Part shown: positions 44,658 to 53,664 of the stretch, in pieces
How the letters are laid out: the number at the start of each line of letters is the position of its first letter
Numbering within the stretch: position 1 is the stretch's first letter
Origin: a virus
Taxonomy: Duplodnaviria; Caudoviricetes
Virus record (IMG/VR): IMGVR_UViG_3300020036_008739
Location: 1-64,000 of that record
Strand: one strand, 5' to 3'
DNA: 64,000 nt
Notes under the pieces: model-generated
Database searches by the model: none
The model's input: the letters and a program-made list of their open reading frames with translations, nothing else
What the model was told of the DNA's origin: nothing
Program-made: the position numbers and the translations under genes

Positions 44658-47246
44658 TTAAGCAGCGGTGAGGTAGTTGATAATGGATTTAATCTCCGAC
44701 TTATCTGCTTTCTGCTTGTAGCGGTCAGCAGAGATACAGGGTAAGCCGGAGTTTAATTCCATCAATTCAATTTGACCAGTAGGGGCTTTATTCGAGTCCC
44801 AAGGTTGGAAAGTTTTACCAATTGCCAAGCTGGAATCAAGGTACAAGTTGTTTACCACGCCTCGTCCTTTAATCATCTCAGCGTACAGAATATCCAAAAA
44901 CTCTAGCACATCATCTTTGTGAACGGAATACAGCAACTCATCATGGATGGGTAGCATGAATCGAACGCGCAGATGTGGGTATTTTGTACGCAAAAGCTCA
45001 CGCACAGCTAGGATAGTCTGTTTGGCCAAAGTAGCGCAAGAGCCTTGAATCAAAGCGTTAATGCCTTGGTTGCCAGCCCGTCTTTGGATTCGGCGGATAA
45101 CATGCTCGCAGATCACACTCATCTCAATACTGCCAAAGATAGCGAATTTGTTACGCATCAAGTCCGCCCACTCACAAGTCGCCTCAAAGCGATAGCGTCT
45201 ATGGCCGTCAGGTAATTCCAAAAAGCCTTGTTTACCCATCAACGCAATCTGACTCAAGCGCCAGCTTTCAGCCACAATAAACTCGTCACGATAGCCTTTA
45301 ACAGCTTCAGAGGTTTTCTGCATATCCCAATTCATGGTAATTGAGGTGTTATTTAACCAACCAGAATACCAGTATTCAAAGTTACTGGTTTTGCCCAGAT
45401 CACGGCGCATCTCTGATTTATTTGGAAGCTTTTTAAACTCCTCCAAACTGATACCCATAACACCAGCAGCGGCAAAGCTGTGCAAATCTGCATGTGGTCT
45501 TTGACCATAAGCCGCTTTAAACTTAGGGTCTTCAGACTGCTCACCAATAAGCACCAACTCGATAGCTGACCAATCAGCAGATACAATCAGATGATCTTCT
45601 TGATCTCCAACGAAAAAGCCACGCACATAGGCCGACTCACCATACTTGCTCAATTGCTGCCCATTTGGATTTTGACAAGCTGTGCGCCGAGTGTTCAGCT
45701 TTGAACTAACAATGGGATGAACCATGTCTGTTTCTGGATCAACCAGTAATAAATATGGGTTCAGGTAAAGCTTCATCGTTTGTTCAGCGTCTGCAAGCTT
45801 CTGGTAAATGTCTAAAATGGGGTGTTTACCCATCTCTTTTCGACCATCAGCATTGGATTTGATCTTGCCTTTCTCAATAACCGCAGTAAAGCCAAAGAGG
45901 TCAAGCAGGATATAACGCATACACATATAATGGGTGATGCTAAGAAATTTGCCTTGCTCAGCATCACCCCCTTTCAATTCTTTAAGCCAGCCTTTACCTG
46001 TGGCGCATTTTACTTGCTGAGTCATGCCGTAGTCATCCGCGTCAGCACTGAAAGCCCACTCATGGACTCGTTTATACATGCGGACTTTACCAGATAAACC
46101 CCCAGTCATCTTGGTATACCAAGAGTCGAATTTAACCAACTGCTCAGAATCTTTGGTAATGTCGTAAACCTGAAATTGCTCTCGGAGAATAAGCTTCATG
46201 TCTCGAAGGATTTGAGCAACCCGTTTACGCTCTTCTAGTTGCTTCTCTTTTACAGCAGAAGCTTTCAAGCGCATACCATGACCCCAAGTATCAGCATACT
46301 CATAGATCATGGGATTTTCTTGGGTTTTATAAGATTCCCAAGCTTTAGGGTTGTTAGTTTTGAGGATTCCACTTACATGGAAAAACAGCTTGTAGCACCA
46401 GTAAGCATCTTCACAACCATAGTCTAAAACTTGCTCGCCTGTTAAATCGCCAATATCCCGATAACCATGAATAAGCGTATCGAAATCCATCATCTGGTGG
46501 CCAAAGTGCTGTTTAACAGCCTTCTTTAAACCATAGCCAAAACTGATTTCTTTTACCCAACTCTCATAAGAAACTTGACTATGTGCAGATTTATCACAAA
46601 TCCGATTGAGTAGTTTCTCTTGGGCTGGATTGAGTTTATCTTTCGGGCTGGTAATCCCTTTAAAAGCACGCATGGCTTGACCAAGGAACTCTCGATCCAT
46701 CCAAGGTGTAGGCTTAAGAGCGCGGAAAGCTTGCTTGGAATAAGTGTCATCGTTGTAGCAGGATACACACAACTGCATGGAACAAAGCCAGCCGCTGTTA
46801 TATTTCAAACCCCAACAAGCATTAAGCATGGTTAATTCAAACGGAGCATTATGGGCAATCCAAAGATTACTACCTTTAGATGCAAAAATAGGCATCACTT
46901 CTTCAAAGCTCAAACGGTTTTGGTAATCCGCTTGACGAGTATTAAAGTAGTAGATTACATCTTTACCCAGATAAAGAGAAAAGCCCGTAATCTTGGTGCG
47001 TTTAACATCAAAGTAAAGCCGTGTTTTTTTCTTTGGCTTTTTCTTCAGAATAACCTCACCATCGGTATCTGAGGTGTCTTCTTGGGCAATCTTCATCAGG
47101 ATATTAAACCCTTGATGGCGGTCTCGATCTTGACTTTCAATATCAAAACCAGCAATCGGCGTGGTCATAACCACCTTACAAATTTCAGGAATAATTTCCT
47201 TATTGCGTTGGTCAACCAGTACACGCTTGGGTAGGTTAAGAGCCAT
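44658..47246 (-). CDS. Family A DNA polymerase with 3'-5' exonuclease domain
   Basis: Exo motifs GFDIES, AHNAPFE, YGCEDA; polymerase motifs ADWSAIEL, RRDLGKTSNF, IHDEL. Confidence 0.92.
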   Translation of the reverse strand: MALNLPKRVLVDQRNKEIIPEICKVVMTTPIAGFDIESQDRDRHQGFNILMKIAQEDTSDTDGEVILKKKPKKKTRLYFDVKRTKITGFSLYLGKDVIYYFNTRQADYQNRLSFEEVMPIFASKGSNLWIAHNAPFELTMLNACWGLKYNSGWLCSMQLCVSCYNDDTYSKQAFRALKPTPWMDREFLGQAMRAFKGITSPKDKLNPAQEKLLNRICDKSAHSQVSYESWVKEISFGYGLKKAVKQHFGHQMMDFDTLIHGYRDIGDLTGEQVLDYGCEDAYWCYKLFFHVSGILKTNNPKAWESYKTQENPMIYEYADTWGHGMRLKASAVKEKQLEERKRVAQILRDMKLILREQFQVYDITKDSEQLVKFDSWYTKMTGGLSGKVRMYKRVHEWAFSADADDYGMTQQVKCATGKGWLKELKGGDAEQGKFLSITHYMCMRYILLDLFGFTAVIEKGKIKSNADGRKEMGKHPILDIYQKLADAEQTMKLYLNPYLLLVDPETDMVHPIVSSKLNTRRTACQNPNGQQLSKYGESAYVRGFFVGDQEDHLIVSADWSAIELVLIGEQSEDPKFKAAYGQRPHADLHSFAAAGVMGISLEEFKKLPNKSEMRRDLGKTSNFEYWYSGWLNNTSITMNWDMQKTSEAVKGYRDEFIVAESWRLSQIALMGKQGFLELPDGHRRYRFEATCEWADLMRNKFAIFGSIEMSVICEHVIRRIQRRAGNQGINALIQGSCATLAKQTILAVRELLRTKYPHLRVRFMLPIHDELLYSVHKDDVLEFLDILYAEMIKGRGVVNNLYLDSSLAIGKTFQPWDSNKAPTGQIELMELNSGLPCISADRYKQKADKSEIKSIINYLTAA

Positions 47247-47260
47247 TGGTTTTCTCCATG

Positions 47261-47288
47261 AAAAAGCCTTCCAATTAAGGAAGGCTTT
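47261..47288 (-). terminator. Terminator-like hairpin abutting the DNA polymerase RBS
   Basis: AAAGCCUUCC-UUAAUU-GGAAGGCUUUUU, then GGAG 3 nt later. Confidence 0.75.
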
Positions 47289-47300
47289 GAGAGTTTTAAA

Positions 47301-48047
47301 TTACTTAACTTCGGAATTACCCACAGTAAGACTAAACGAAATAGTCCCTGTTGTCGGATTAGTCTCTACGGTTGGGTTGGCTGTGATAAAGCTTAAGTTC
47401 GGATCATTCAAAACTTCCGACATAGCTTTAGGCTCTGGCGGTTCTCCGTGTTCATAGGTGATTGTGAAGGAATATTCCAAATCACTATTGTTGACGACGA
47501 ACAGCAGGGGAACTTCGGTTACTGAATGTGCAGAAAGAGCCAACTCCAAGGAATAGTTTAAACTCAAACTACCAGACAAACCCTCAATCAATGTTGAAAA
47601 TTCCGAAGTATCCTGAATGTCCGACCAATCAGCAACGACCACAGCCCCCGTACCATCATTGATCGTCATCAAGAAATTGGCAGTTTCTCCAACGTTATAA
47701 AGACGGTCGTAGCTCAACGCAATACTTGGGTGATTCCCAGAACCAATAACCAAGCCGGAAGCCAGTACGAGATCAAGACCACGTTGGCCTACAGCATCAT
47801 AAACGGGATTCTGTGGGTCTGAGGTATCCGAAGGAACACCCGTCAGCATCACACTGACTTCACCTTGCACGTTCAAAAAAGAGTTAATCAACGGAGCAAA
47901 AATCAGAGATGGAGAACCTTGCGGGTTTCCGTCTGCAACCGCTTTAATCTGCTCCAGCTTAATCATATCGGCTGAAGTAGCAGCGGTAAGCAGCACATCA
48001 GCATCTTCGCTAAGTGTGCGGTTCAATTCATCAATCGTGATGGCCAT
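47301..48047 (-). CDS. Highly acidic hypothetical protein
   Basis: 248-aa ORF, GAGG RBS, many D/E and very few K/R. Confidence 0.75.
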   Translation of the reverse strand: MAITIDELNRTLSEDADVLLTAATSADMIKLEQIKAVADGNPQGSPSLIFAPLINSFLNVQGEVSVMLTGVPSDTSDPQNPVYDAVGQRGLDLVLASGLVIGSGNHPSIALSYDRLYNVGETANFLMTINDGTGAVVVADWSDIQDTSEFSTLIEGLSGSLSLNYSLELALSAHSVTEVPLLFVVNNSDLEYSFTITYEHGEPPEPKAMSEVLNDPNLSFITANPTVETNPTTGTISFSLTVGNSEVK

Positions 48048-48840
48048 TTAAGATTTCCTCGACCTGATCGCCATGAGTGGGTACAGCTAGTATAGCACCA
48101 ATACTGCTGGTTCGTTGGTGGATTATCAGATTTTCTCTGACTTCAGCAAGATGCGGCAACATGGGGTTCACCACGATCCAAAACTGCTTAACCTGCTCCC
48201 ACTCAGCTATTAAGTTTTGAGCTTTCTTGGTCTTGCCAAGAGACTCAATAACTGGCGGTTGTTCACGTTGAGCGATTAAGGCTTGCCGTAAGAGGTGTTT
48301 TTCTTCTTGAGTTAGTTTCAAGAAGGCCGACGCTCCAAAGTTTGTTAATCCTTTGATCTTGTCTGAGGAGTCCCCAACCAAAGTTTTAAAAAGCGTAAGG
48401 TCTTCAGCAGTACAGGGTAGATTGTAAGGCTTATTTGACTGCCATTGAACGTTTGGATTCAATGTTAAGTCGTACAAGTCTTGGTCAACCGTGTGGACTG
48501 TTGTGGGTTTTTCAGTGTCTTGACAAAGAAACCGAATTACATCATCAGCCTCATACTCTGGGATTTGAAGTGATACAAACCCCAAGAGAGGAAGATAGGC
48601 TTTGGTGAAGAAGTCAGCGTATCGAAAGAATTGCTGCATCTCCTCCCCAGAATAGTCCTTAACCTTATAGCCAGAGAAGATTGCACGACGACGAGCGTTA
48701 GCGTTAGCCCCATCTCGAAGCCAATAGACTCGTTCACCAGCTTGGTGTCGAGAATACAACTCCATTGCTAAATCTTGGCAGGTTCTACCTACTTGGAAAC
48801 ACACGCGCAACCAAGCGTTACCATCATAAATATGTTGCAT
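48031..48840 (-). CDS. 5'-3' exonuclease / flap endonuclease (T5 D15 / T4 RNase H family)
   Basis: IYDGN, RRRAIFSGYK, YEADDVI, TVDQDL, LVGDSSDKIKG motifs. Confidence 0.9.
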   Translation of the reverse strand: MQHIYDGNAWLRVCFQVGRTCQDLAMELYSRHQAGERVYWLRDGANANARRRAIFSGYKVKDYSGEEMQQFFRYADFFTKAYLPLLGFVSLQIPEYEADDVIRFLCQDTEKPTTVHTVDQDLYDLTLNPNVQWQSNKPYNLPCTAEDLTLFKTLVGDSSDKIKGLTNFGASAFLKLTQEEKHLLRQALIAQREQPPVIESLGKTKKAQNLIAEWEQVKQFWIVVNPMLPHLAEVRENLIIHQRTSSIGAILAVPTHGDQVEEILNGHHD

Positions 48841-48850
48841 AATCATCTCC

Positions 48851-48881
48851 AAAGAAAAGACCCTCAAAAAGAGGGTCTTTT
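48851..48881 (-). terminator. Terminator-like hairpin abutting the exonuclease RBS
   Basis: AAAAGACCCUC-UUUUU-GAGGGUCUUUUCUUU followed directly by GGAG. Confidence 0.75.
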
Positions 48882-48895
48882 AACTACACCAGTTG

Positions 48896-49711
48896 TTAAA
48901 CCGCTGTGGTCAGATCAAGGGCTGCAACTGCTGGCGAACCTTCCACACCAATGTACTTCAGGGTGAGGGTAGACCAGCTTTTGTTGTTGAAGCTTTGGTC
49001 TTTGCTGCTGATTTCAACGTAAACGTTGTCACCTTCAGAGATTTCCCCATTCTTCAGCAACTGGAGAATTTTGGAAATCAACGCTTTGGCAGAGTTGGTG
49101 AAGGTAGTTTTTGAGGTGATATGCCCCAAATTCGTACCTGCACTGATTTCAGCTTGAGCGCCTTTGGCTTTGATCGGGTGAGCCGCTTGGAACATAATTG
49201 ATGCAGCAGCGTAAGGTGCTTTGTCCGGTGAAACCTGCTTCGCCATCATAACGGCAGATTGCCAAGGTTGGCCAGCATATTCACCAGTGTTGCACATGAC
49301 CCCATCATAAGAACGGATGGTTTTTGGGTCTTCATCTGAACCGTACTTCATTGCGTGGTGCAAACGAATAGTGCTACCTGCACGATAGGCTTGCAGTGTG
49401 ACAATGATAGGGTCAGAGATAGAACGCTCACCAACCAGAACCGCGCCTTTGTCAGAAGGCATGATCCAAAAGTCTGGAACAAACGAGGAATCGAGAGCAT
49501 CCAAATCATCCAAGCTCAAAACCGAACCAGCTTGAACAGCGGCCACTGGTTGGACAATACTAGCCACAGCCAAACCACCACCTGTAGGTGTGGAGCCAGT
49601 TGGGGCAAATGCGTCGTCGATCAGTTGGGTAGCAGTTTTGGCTTCGGTGTTTTCAGCTTTAGCAGCGTCAACAGCTTGGTCGAGAATGTCATCAACAGTT
49701 TGGGTAGTCAT
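48896..49711 (-). CDS. Putative ssDNA-binding/annealing protein
   Basis: Own promoter and terminator, high-expression codon bias, position between helicase and exonuclease. Function is inference. Confidence 0.45.
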   Translation of the reverse strand: MTTQTVDDILDQAVDAAKAENTEAKTATQLIDDAFAPTGSTPTGGGLAVASIVQPVAAVQAGSVLSLDDLDALDSSFVPDFWIMPSDKGAVLVGERSISDPIIVTLQAYRAGSTIRLHHAMKYGSDEDPKTIRSYDGVMCNTGEYAGQPWQSAVMMAKQVSPDKAPYAAASIMFQAAHPIKAKGAQAEISAGTNLGHITSKTTFTNSAKALISKILQLLKNGEISEGDNVYVEISSKDQSFNNKSWSTLTLKYIGVEGSPAVAALDLTTAV

Positions 49712-49761
49712 GGTATTGCTTCCTATTACGGTTCAAGGTTACTGTCCCGAAGGACAAGGGT

Positions 49762-49790
49762 AATTTAACGGGATTTAAACGCCCCGTCAA
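49762..49790 (-). promoter_or_regulatory. Sigma70-like promoter TTGACG-N17-TAAATT with overlapping inverted repeats; C(UUCG)G hairpin at 49743-49756
   Basis: Direct reading of the helicase/SSB intergenic region. Confidence 0.7.
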
Positions 49791-49795
49791 GCGTT

Positions 49796-51256
49796 TTATG
49801 AAAATTCCATCTTAGAAGACCAGATGAAAGCATCATTCGGGTCTCGTGGTCTTGGGAAGCGAACAATTTCGCTTTTAGAATCCACGAGATTAGTGTTGAC
49901 TGATTTGTGATAGACACCCCACATCATATATTGATCTGAGGAATCATCGTACTCCAGTAGATGCACCAATAGGGGTGTATCACGCTTGCCTCGTTTGGCA
50001 CGAGCTAAGGCTTGCTTAAAATCGTCATCCCCATAGTCAAGGGAATGAAAGATGATGTGGTTCAATTTTGACCAGTTGAAGCCAATCCCTGCTGTCTTTG
50101 GTGAGGCTACAATCACATCCAAATCTCCAGCTTGGAACATCCGGTCAATCTCAGCCCGTCTTGCAGCGGATACACTGGCATTGATTAAACCACAGCGGTA
50201 TCCTTGATTGCTTAAAAACTCAAACAACGCTTCTTGCTCGTAGACAAAAGGCGCAAAGATAGCCACTTGGTCTTGAGTCGTTTGAAGAAACTCAAGGATG
50301 TACTGTTGCTTTGGAGTAGTCCCCGTGTAAATGACTTCCTCAGCATAGTCTATGATCTTGCCTTTACGATCCCAATCCACTGGTAAAGCAATTTTATGAG
50401 GGTGGTTGGTGATCTGTCTTAACCGCAAAGCTGTTAAACCACCGTTAGTATCCTCAATAATTGAGTTTTCTAATTCAAGAATCCCTTCGGAGCGAAGCTT
50501 ATCATAAGCTTTGCGCTGGGCTGGCAGCATCTCAAAAGGCACACGCTGAAGAACGGTTGGGATGTCGCCATACACTTCTTTGACAGAAAACTTAATGGCA
50601 TACTTATCAAAGAACTCCTTCAAAACATGATGGTTTCGATACCCAACCACATTCCCCATCAAATCCTTAACCTCATGAGTCTGCTTAAAGTCAGCATAGG
50701 TGGCGTAGTACATGGGGTTAAGAAAGTGGACAAAGAAATAACTATTGGTTAACTTGCCACTTTTTACATGGGTAGCAGTCATTACATGCACCCGATCCAT
50801 GTATTTTATCAACTTCAAAAAGGTTTGACTGCGTTTGGACTCCCAATTTGCAAAGTACAAGTGAGCCTCATCAACAATAACCCCTTTGATATTGGGGTAT
50901 TTACCCAACATCAATTTTAGATTCTTGTTGAAAAATTCAACAGTCATAAGCCAGACTTTGCTGTCTTTCAAGGCAGCTTTTTCTTTCTTCTCAACAGTAG
51001 CGCCATCAGGGATAATAGTGATGTCGTCAGAAGAAAGCCCTGTCCAAGCCATAAGCTCAAGTTTATTCTTCTCGTGAATAGACTTGGTGGAGACCCAAAT
51101 CACACGAATTTGCTCACGCTCAACCATGTACTTAGTATAAATACATGCTGGTGGAGTTTTACCAGTACCCATCTCAGAGCAATCCAATGATCTGGCTTTT
51201 TTCAAAGCGTAGATTAATTGCTTCTTTTGGGTATCAAACAGAGTTAACGCTGTCAT
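49796..51256 (-). CDS. SF2 (SNF2-like) DNA helicase
   Basis: SEMGTGKT, IVDEAH, MTAT, AGIGFN, QALARAKR motifs. Confidence 0.9.
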   Translation of the reverse strand: MTALTLFDTQKKQLIYALKKARSLDCSEMGTGKTPPACIYTKYMVEREQIRVIWVSTKSIHEKNKLELMAWTGLSSDDITIIPDGATVEKKEKAALKDSKVWLMTVEFFNKNLKLMLGKYPNIKGVIVDEAHLYFANWESKRSQTFLKLIKYMDRVHVMTATHVKSGKLTNSYFFVHFLNPMYYATYADFKQTHEVKDLMGNVVGYRNHHVLKEFFDKYAIKFSVKEVYGDIPTVLQRVPFEMLPAQRKAYDKLRSEGILELENSIIEDTNGGLTALRLRQITNHPHKIALPVDWDRKGKIIDYAEEVIYTGTTPKQQYILEFLQTTQDQVAIFAPFVYEQEALFEFLSNQGYRCGLINASVSAARRAEIDRMFQAGDLDVIVASPKTAGIGFNWSKLNHIIFHSLDYGDDDFKQALARAKRGKRDTPLLVHLLEYDDSSDQYMMWGVYHKSVNTNLVDSKSEIVRFPRPRDPNDAFIWSSKMEFS

Positions 51257-51854
51257 AGATGGCTTCCAAGGCTAGAATCTTATAGTCCGCAGCAGTTAAG
51301 CCACGGAACTCATGGTCAAACTCAATCAACGACTCAGGCATACTCGTGAAGAATTGATTCTTCAGAGGGATAAACACCGTTCGTGAAACACCAAAATCCA
51401 TCAGCATTCTTTTATGAGAAGAACCAATGGTTCTGGTTACAGTGGGGAGAATGATTGCTCCCCAGTTGCTATTCCTAACCTCATCTAAGATAAGCTGGCG
51501 GCTGACGGGTTTATTATGCCATGCGTCCCCTTGCATTCGTACTTTCTTAGAGCCTAATTGCTCGGAAAGAAACTGATAGCGCAAGGAGTCTTCCTCAGAG
51601 ATGAAGTAAATATCTGGATTTTTAGCTGCCTTGAAGAACAGACTAAAGAAAGGGTCAGCCATTACCTTTTCAAATAAAGGATGTTTGACAGGCTTTTTAG
51701 CGTATTCAGCCATAAAGTCCAAGAAATTGTGGCTGCTTGCAGATTGGTTAAACCGTGGCTCTGGGTTAGTGGCTAACCCATTTGCAGAAAATTGAATAAT
51801 ACCTTCGATAAAATATCGAAAACCATCGTTGTCCTCATGGTATCCGTTAATCAT
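51234..51854 (-). CDS. Hypothetical protein
   Basis: 206-aa ORF coupled to its neighbours, GAGG RBS. Confidence 0.7.
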   Translation of the reverse strand: MINGYHEDNDGFRYFIEGIIQFSANGLATNPEPRFNQSASSHNFLDFMAEYAKKPVKHPLFEKVMADPFFSLFFKAAKNPDIYFISEEDSLRYQFLSEQLGSKKVRMQGDAWHNKPVSRQLILDEVRNSNWGAIILPTVTRTIGSSHKRMLMDFGVSRTVFIPLKNQFFTSMPESLIEFDHEFRGLTAADYKILALEAIYDSVNSV

Positions 51855-52137
51855 AAAACACCTCGGCTAACTCTGACGGGTCAAAGTTGAATACTCCAAA
51901 AATCAAAACAAGTTCAGTAAATGTGGGGTTGTATTTACCCCACAGAAACTTATCAAGTTTACTGACACTCCATCCTAAGTGGTGCGCTAAGTCACCTTCA
52001 GTCAAACCATCTAGCTCAAATGCCATTTTAGTCTGGCATAAAACCCCAAGCTTTATCAACTTGGGGTCTTTATCACTAGAGCTAATGACCTTAGATTGGC
52101 TTAACCGCATACCTCCGATTAAGCTTTCTTTTGTCAT
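51847..52137 (-). CDS. Small XRE-family HTH protein
   Basis: GLTEGDLAHHLGWSVSKLDKFLWGKYNPTFTELVLIFGVFNFDPSEL is a classic XRE HTH. Confidence 0.75.
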   Translation of the reverse strand: MTKESLIGGMRLSQSKVISSSDKDPKLIKLGVLCQTKMAFELDGLTEGDLAHHLGWSVSKLDKFLWGKYNPTFTELVLIFGVFNFDPSELAEVFYD

Positions 52138-52139
52138 TC

Positions 52140-52388
52140 TCAGTCCTTAAACTTAATATGGATGAGGCCATACGCCCCAAGAAGATAGTTGATAATAAGG
52201 ACGAGTTGATAGATGGCGTAGAACAGCAATAAAAGAACCCCAACGGTCAACCATTGGGGCGCGATTGCTAGATTCTCCAAGGCAGATAAGGTTGTATTCC
52301 TTGGCTTAAAAATGGTGTTCAGAATCATCAAACTGATGACCCACCAAAGCGCCAGCAGTAGCAGAATAGCATACAAGGGGCTTTCCAT
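52140..52388 (-). CDS. Small two-TM membrane protein
   Basis: Two long hydrophobic segments; GGAG RBS before MESPLY. Confidence 0.6.
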   Translation of the reverse strand: MESPLYAILLLLALWWVISLMILNTIFKPRNTTLSALENLAIAPQWLTVGVLLLLFYAIYQLVLIINYLLGAYGLIHIKFKD

Positions 52389-52764
52389 CGGCTTTCTCCA
52401 AAAAAGTTTGAACGGCATCCGCCTGAATATTTACAGGCAGCCACACGCCCAGATGTGTGTTTACATGCTGATCACGCATAAAGTCACTTGTGAAGCAAAC
52501 CACCTGATAGGGTGGTGTCAAACTAACAGCCAAGTATAAGCCACCTGACCGTAATTTTGCCAGTAAAAACAGATCACGTTCGCAATCACCTTCAGGTAAA
52601 TAGCGACCAGAGGATATGTCATCATACTCGTAACAACAGGGTTGACCTTGTTTTTTGAAGTGAAGAAACTCACCTTTAAACCAAGGTTGATGCAGTACAG
52701 AACCATTGCGTAAAACAAGCCAGTATTGGCCTGTTTTATACAACTCAAGGTCAAATGCAATCAT
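52306..52764 (-). CDS. Hypothetical protein
   Basis: ATGA overlap with the upstream gene; C-terminus overlaps the next ORF. Confidence 0.6.
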   Translation of the reverse strand: MIAFDLELYKTGQYWLVLRNGSVLHQPWFKGEFLHFKKQGQPCCYEYDDISSGRYLPEGDCERDLFLLAKLRSGGLYLAVSLTPPYQVVCFTSDFMRDQHVNTHLGVWLPVNIQADAVQTFLEKADGKPLVCYSATAGALVGHQFDDSEHHF

Positions 52765-53096
52765 AAGACAGTCATCCTAAACGTGTCAGCCTCCATATCA
52801 CCAGCGATGCCGTTGATAAGCTGTTGTAACAACATCTTATACGTTAGCTGCCACTCTGTATCAAGGAACAAAGCCTTAAAGTCTGACTGAACAGACAGAA
52901 CAGGCTCTGCGATTGGGTTATCCAAAAGAAAAGACCCTGTTGGAATATGGTAACAAAGACCATCAAACCAAAGGAAGGTGACTTTCCCTAATCGGCAATA
53001 AGCCGTAACCGTGTCGGTTATGGCCAGAGAGCCGTTTCGGTTTAAGGCTGCTACATGGATAGTCAGCCAATCGAGCCAATACTCATATCTACTCAA
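52761..53096 (-). CDS. Hypothetical protein (TTG start)
   Basis: GGAG RBS 8 nt before TTG, directly after a terminator hairpin. Confidence 0.6.
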   Translation of the reverse strand: MSRYEYWLDWLTIHVAALNRNGSLAITDTVTAYCRLGKVTFLWFDGLCYHIPTGSFLLDNPIAEPVLSVQSDFKALFLDTEWQLTYKMLLQQLINGIAGDMEADTFRMTVL

Positions 53097-53109
53097 TACG
53101 TTTCTCCAT

Positions 53110-53136
53110 AAAAAAACCTCCCGATTGGGAGGTTTT
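53110..53136 (-). terminator. Rho-independent terminator
   Basis: AAAACCUCCC-AAUC-GGGAGGUUUUUUU. Confidence 0.85.
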
Positions 53137-53150
53137 GCACCACAGCTATA

Positions 53151-53567
53151 TTACTTCGCGGTGGGTTTGCCTTTTGGGGCATCGGCAGCAGCTTCAGCAA
53201 CCGGAGCAGCTTCAACTTTCGGAAACTTTTCAGCGTGCTCTGGCAGAGAGTATTGAGCACAACGCTTGCCTTCGCTGCTTGCAGTTTTGACCAAACGGTT
53301 GTCTTCGACGAGATTTTTCAATTGAGCCGCAGCAGTGGTATCTTTCAGCAATTGGCTATGCTGGTTGTGATACGCAATGCGCAACTCGTCTTTGGTGGGG
53401 GCAACACCAGCTTCGTTGAGGATTTTGGTCAGATCAAAAAGAGCATCACCGATGTGGTCATTGCGGCCTTTGCTTGGTTTGGGTTGCAATTCTGCTGGCA
53501 AATTGGCTTTGCTCAGCAACTCAGCAGCCGACAGCAGTTTTGGTTCTTGGGTTTCTTGAGCAGTCAT
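53151..53567 (-). CDS. Putative winged-helix DNA-binding protein
   Basis: PTKDELRIAY...TAAAQLKNLVEDNRLVK..GKRCAQYSL wHTH pattern; Ala/Lys/Pro-rich tail; own promoter and terminator. Confidence 0.6.
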   Translation of the reverse strand: MTAQETQEPKLLSAAELLSKANLPAELQPKPSKGRNDHIGDALFDLTKILNEAGVAPTKDELRIAYHNQHSQLLKDTTAAAQLKNLVEDNRLVKTASSEGKRCAQYSLPEHAEKFPKVEAAPVAEAAADAPKGKPTAK

Positions 53568-53612
53568 GATCGTTCTCCGAAAAAAGTTGACTGGTTTACA
53601 TCTCTTGGTGAA

Positions 53613-53645
53613 AGGAATAATGCCTGAGTATTATTCCTCTGTCAA
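53613..53645 (-). promoter_or_regulatory. Promoter TTGACA-N17-CATTAT containing a perfect 9-bp inverted repeat (operator-like)
   Basis: AGGAATAAT-N8-ATTATTCCT at 53613-53638 covers the spacer and -10. Confidence 0.7.
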
Positions 53646-53664
53646 CAACCTAGACGAAAATAAT

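Noticed and set aside
34778-47246. Inteins, introns or homing endonucleases in RNR, polymerase or terminase
   Set aside because: Frames are continuous, sizes ordinary, and no intein splice or LAGLIDADG/HNH/GIY-YIG motifs were seen.
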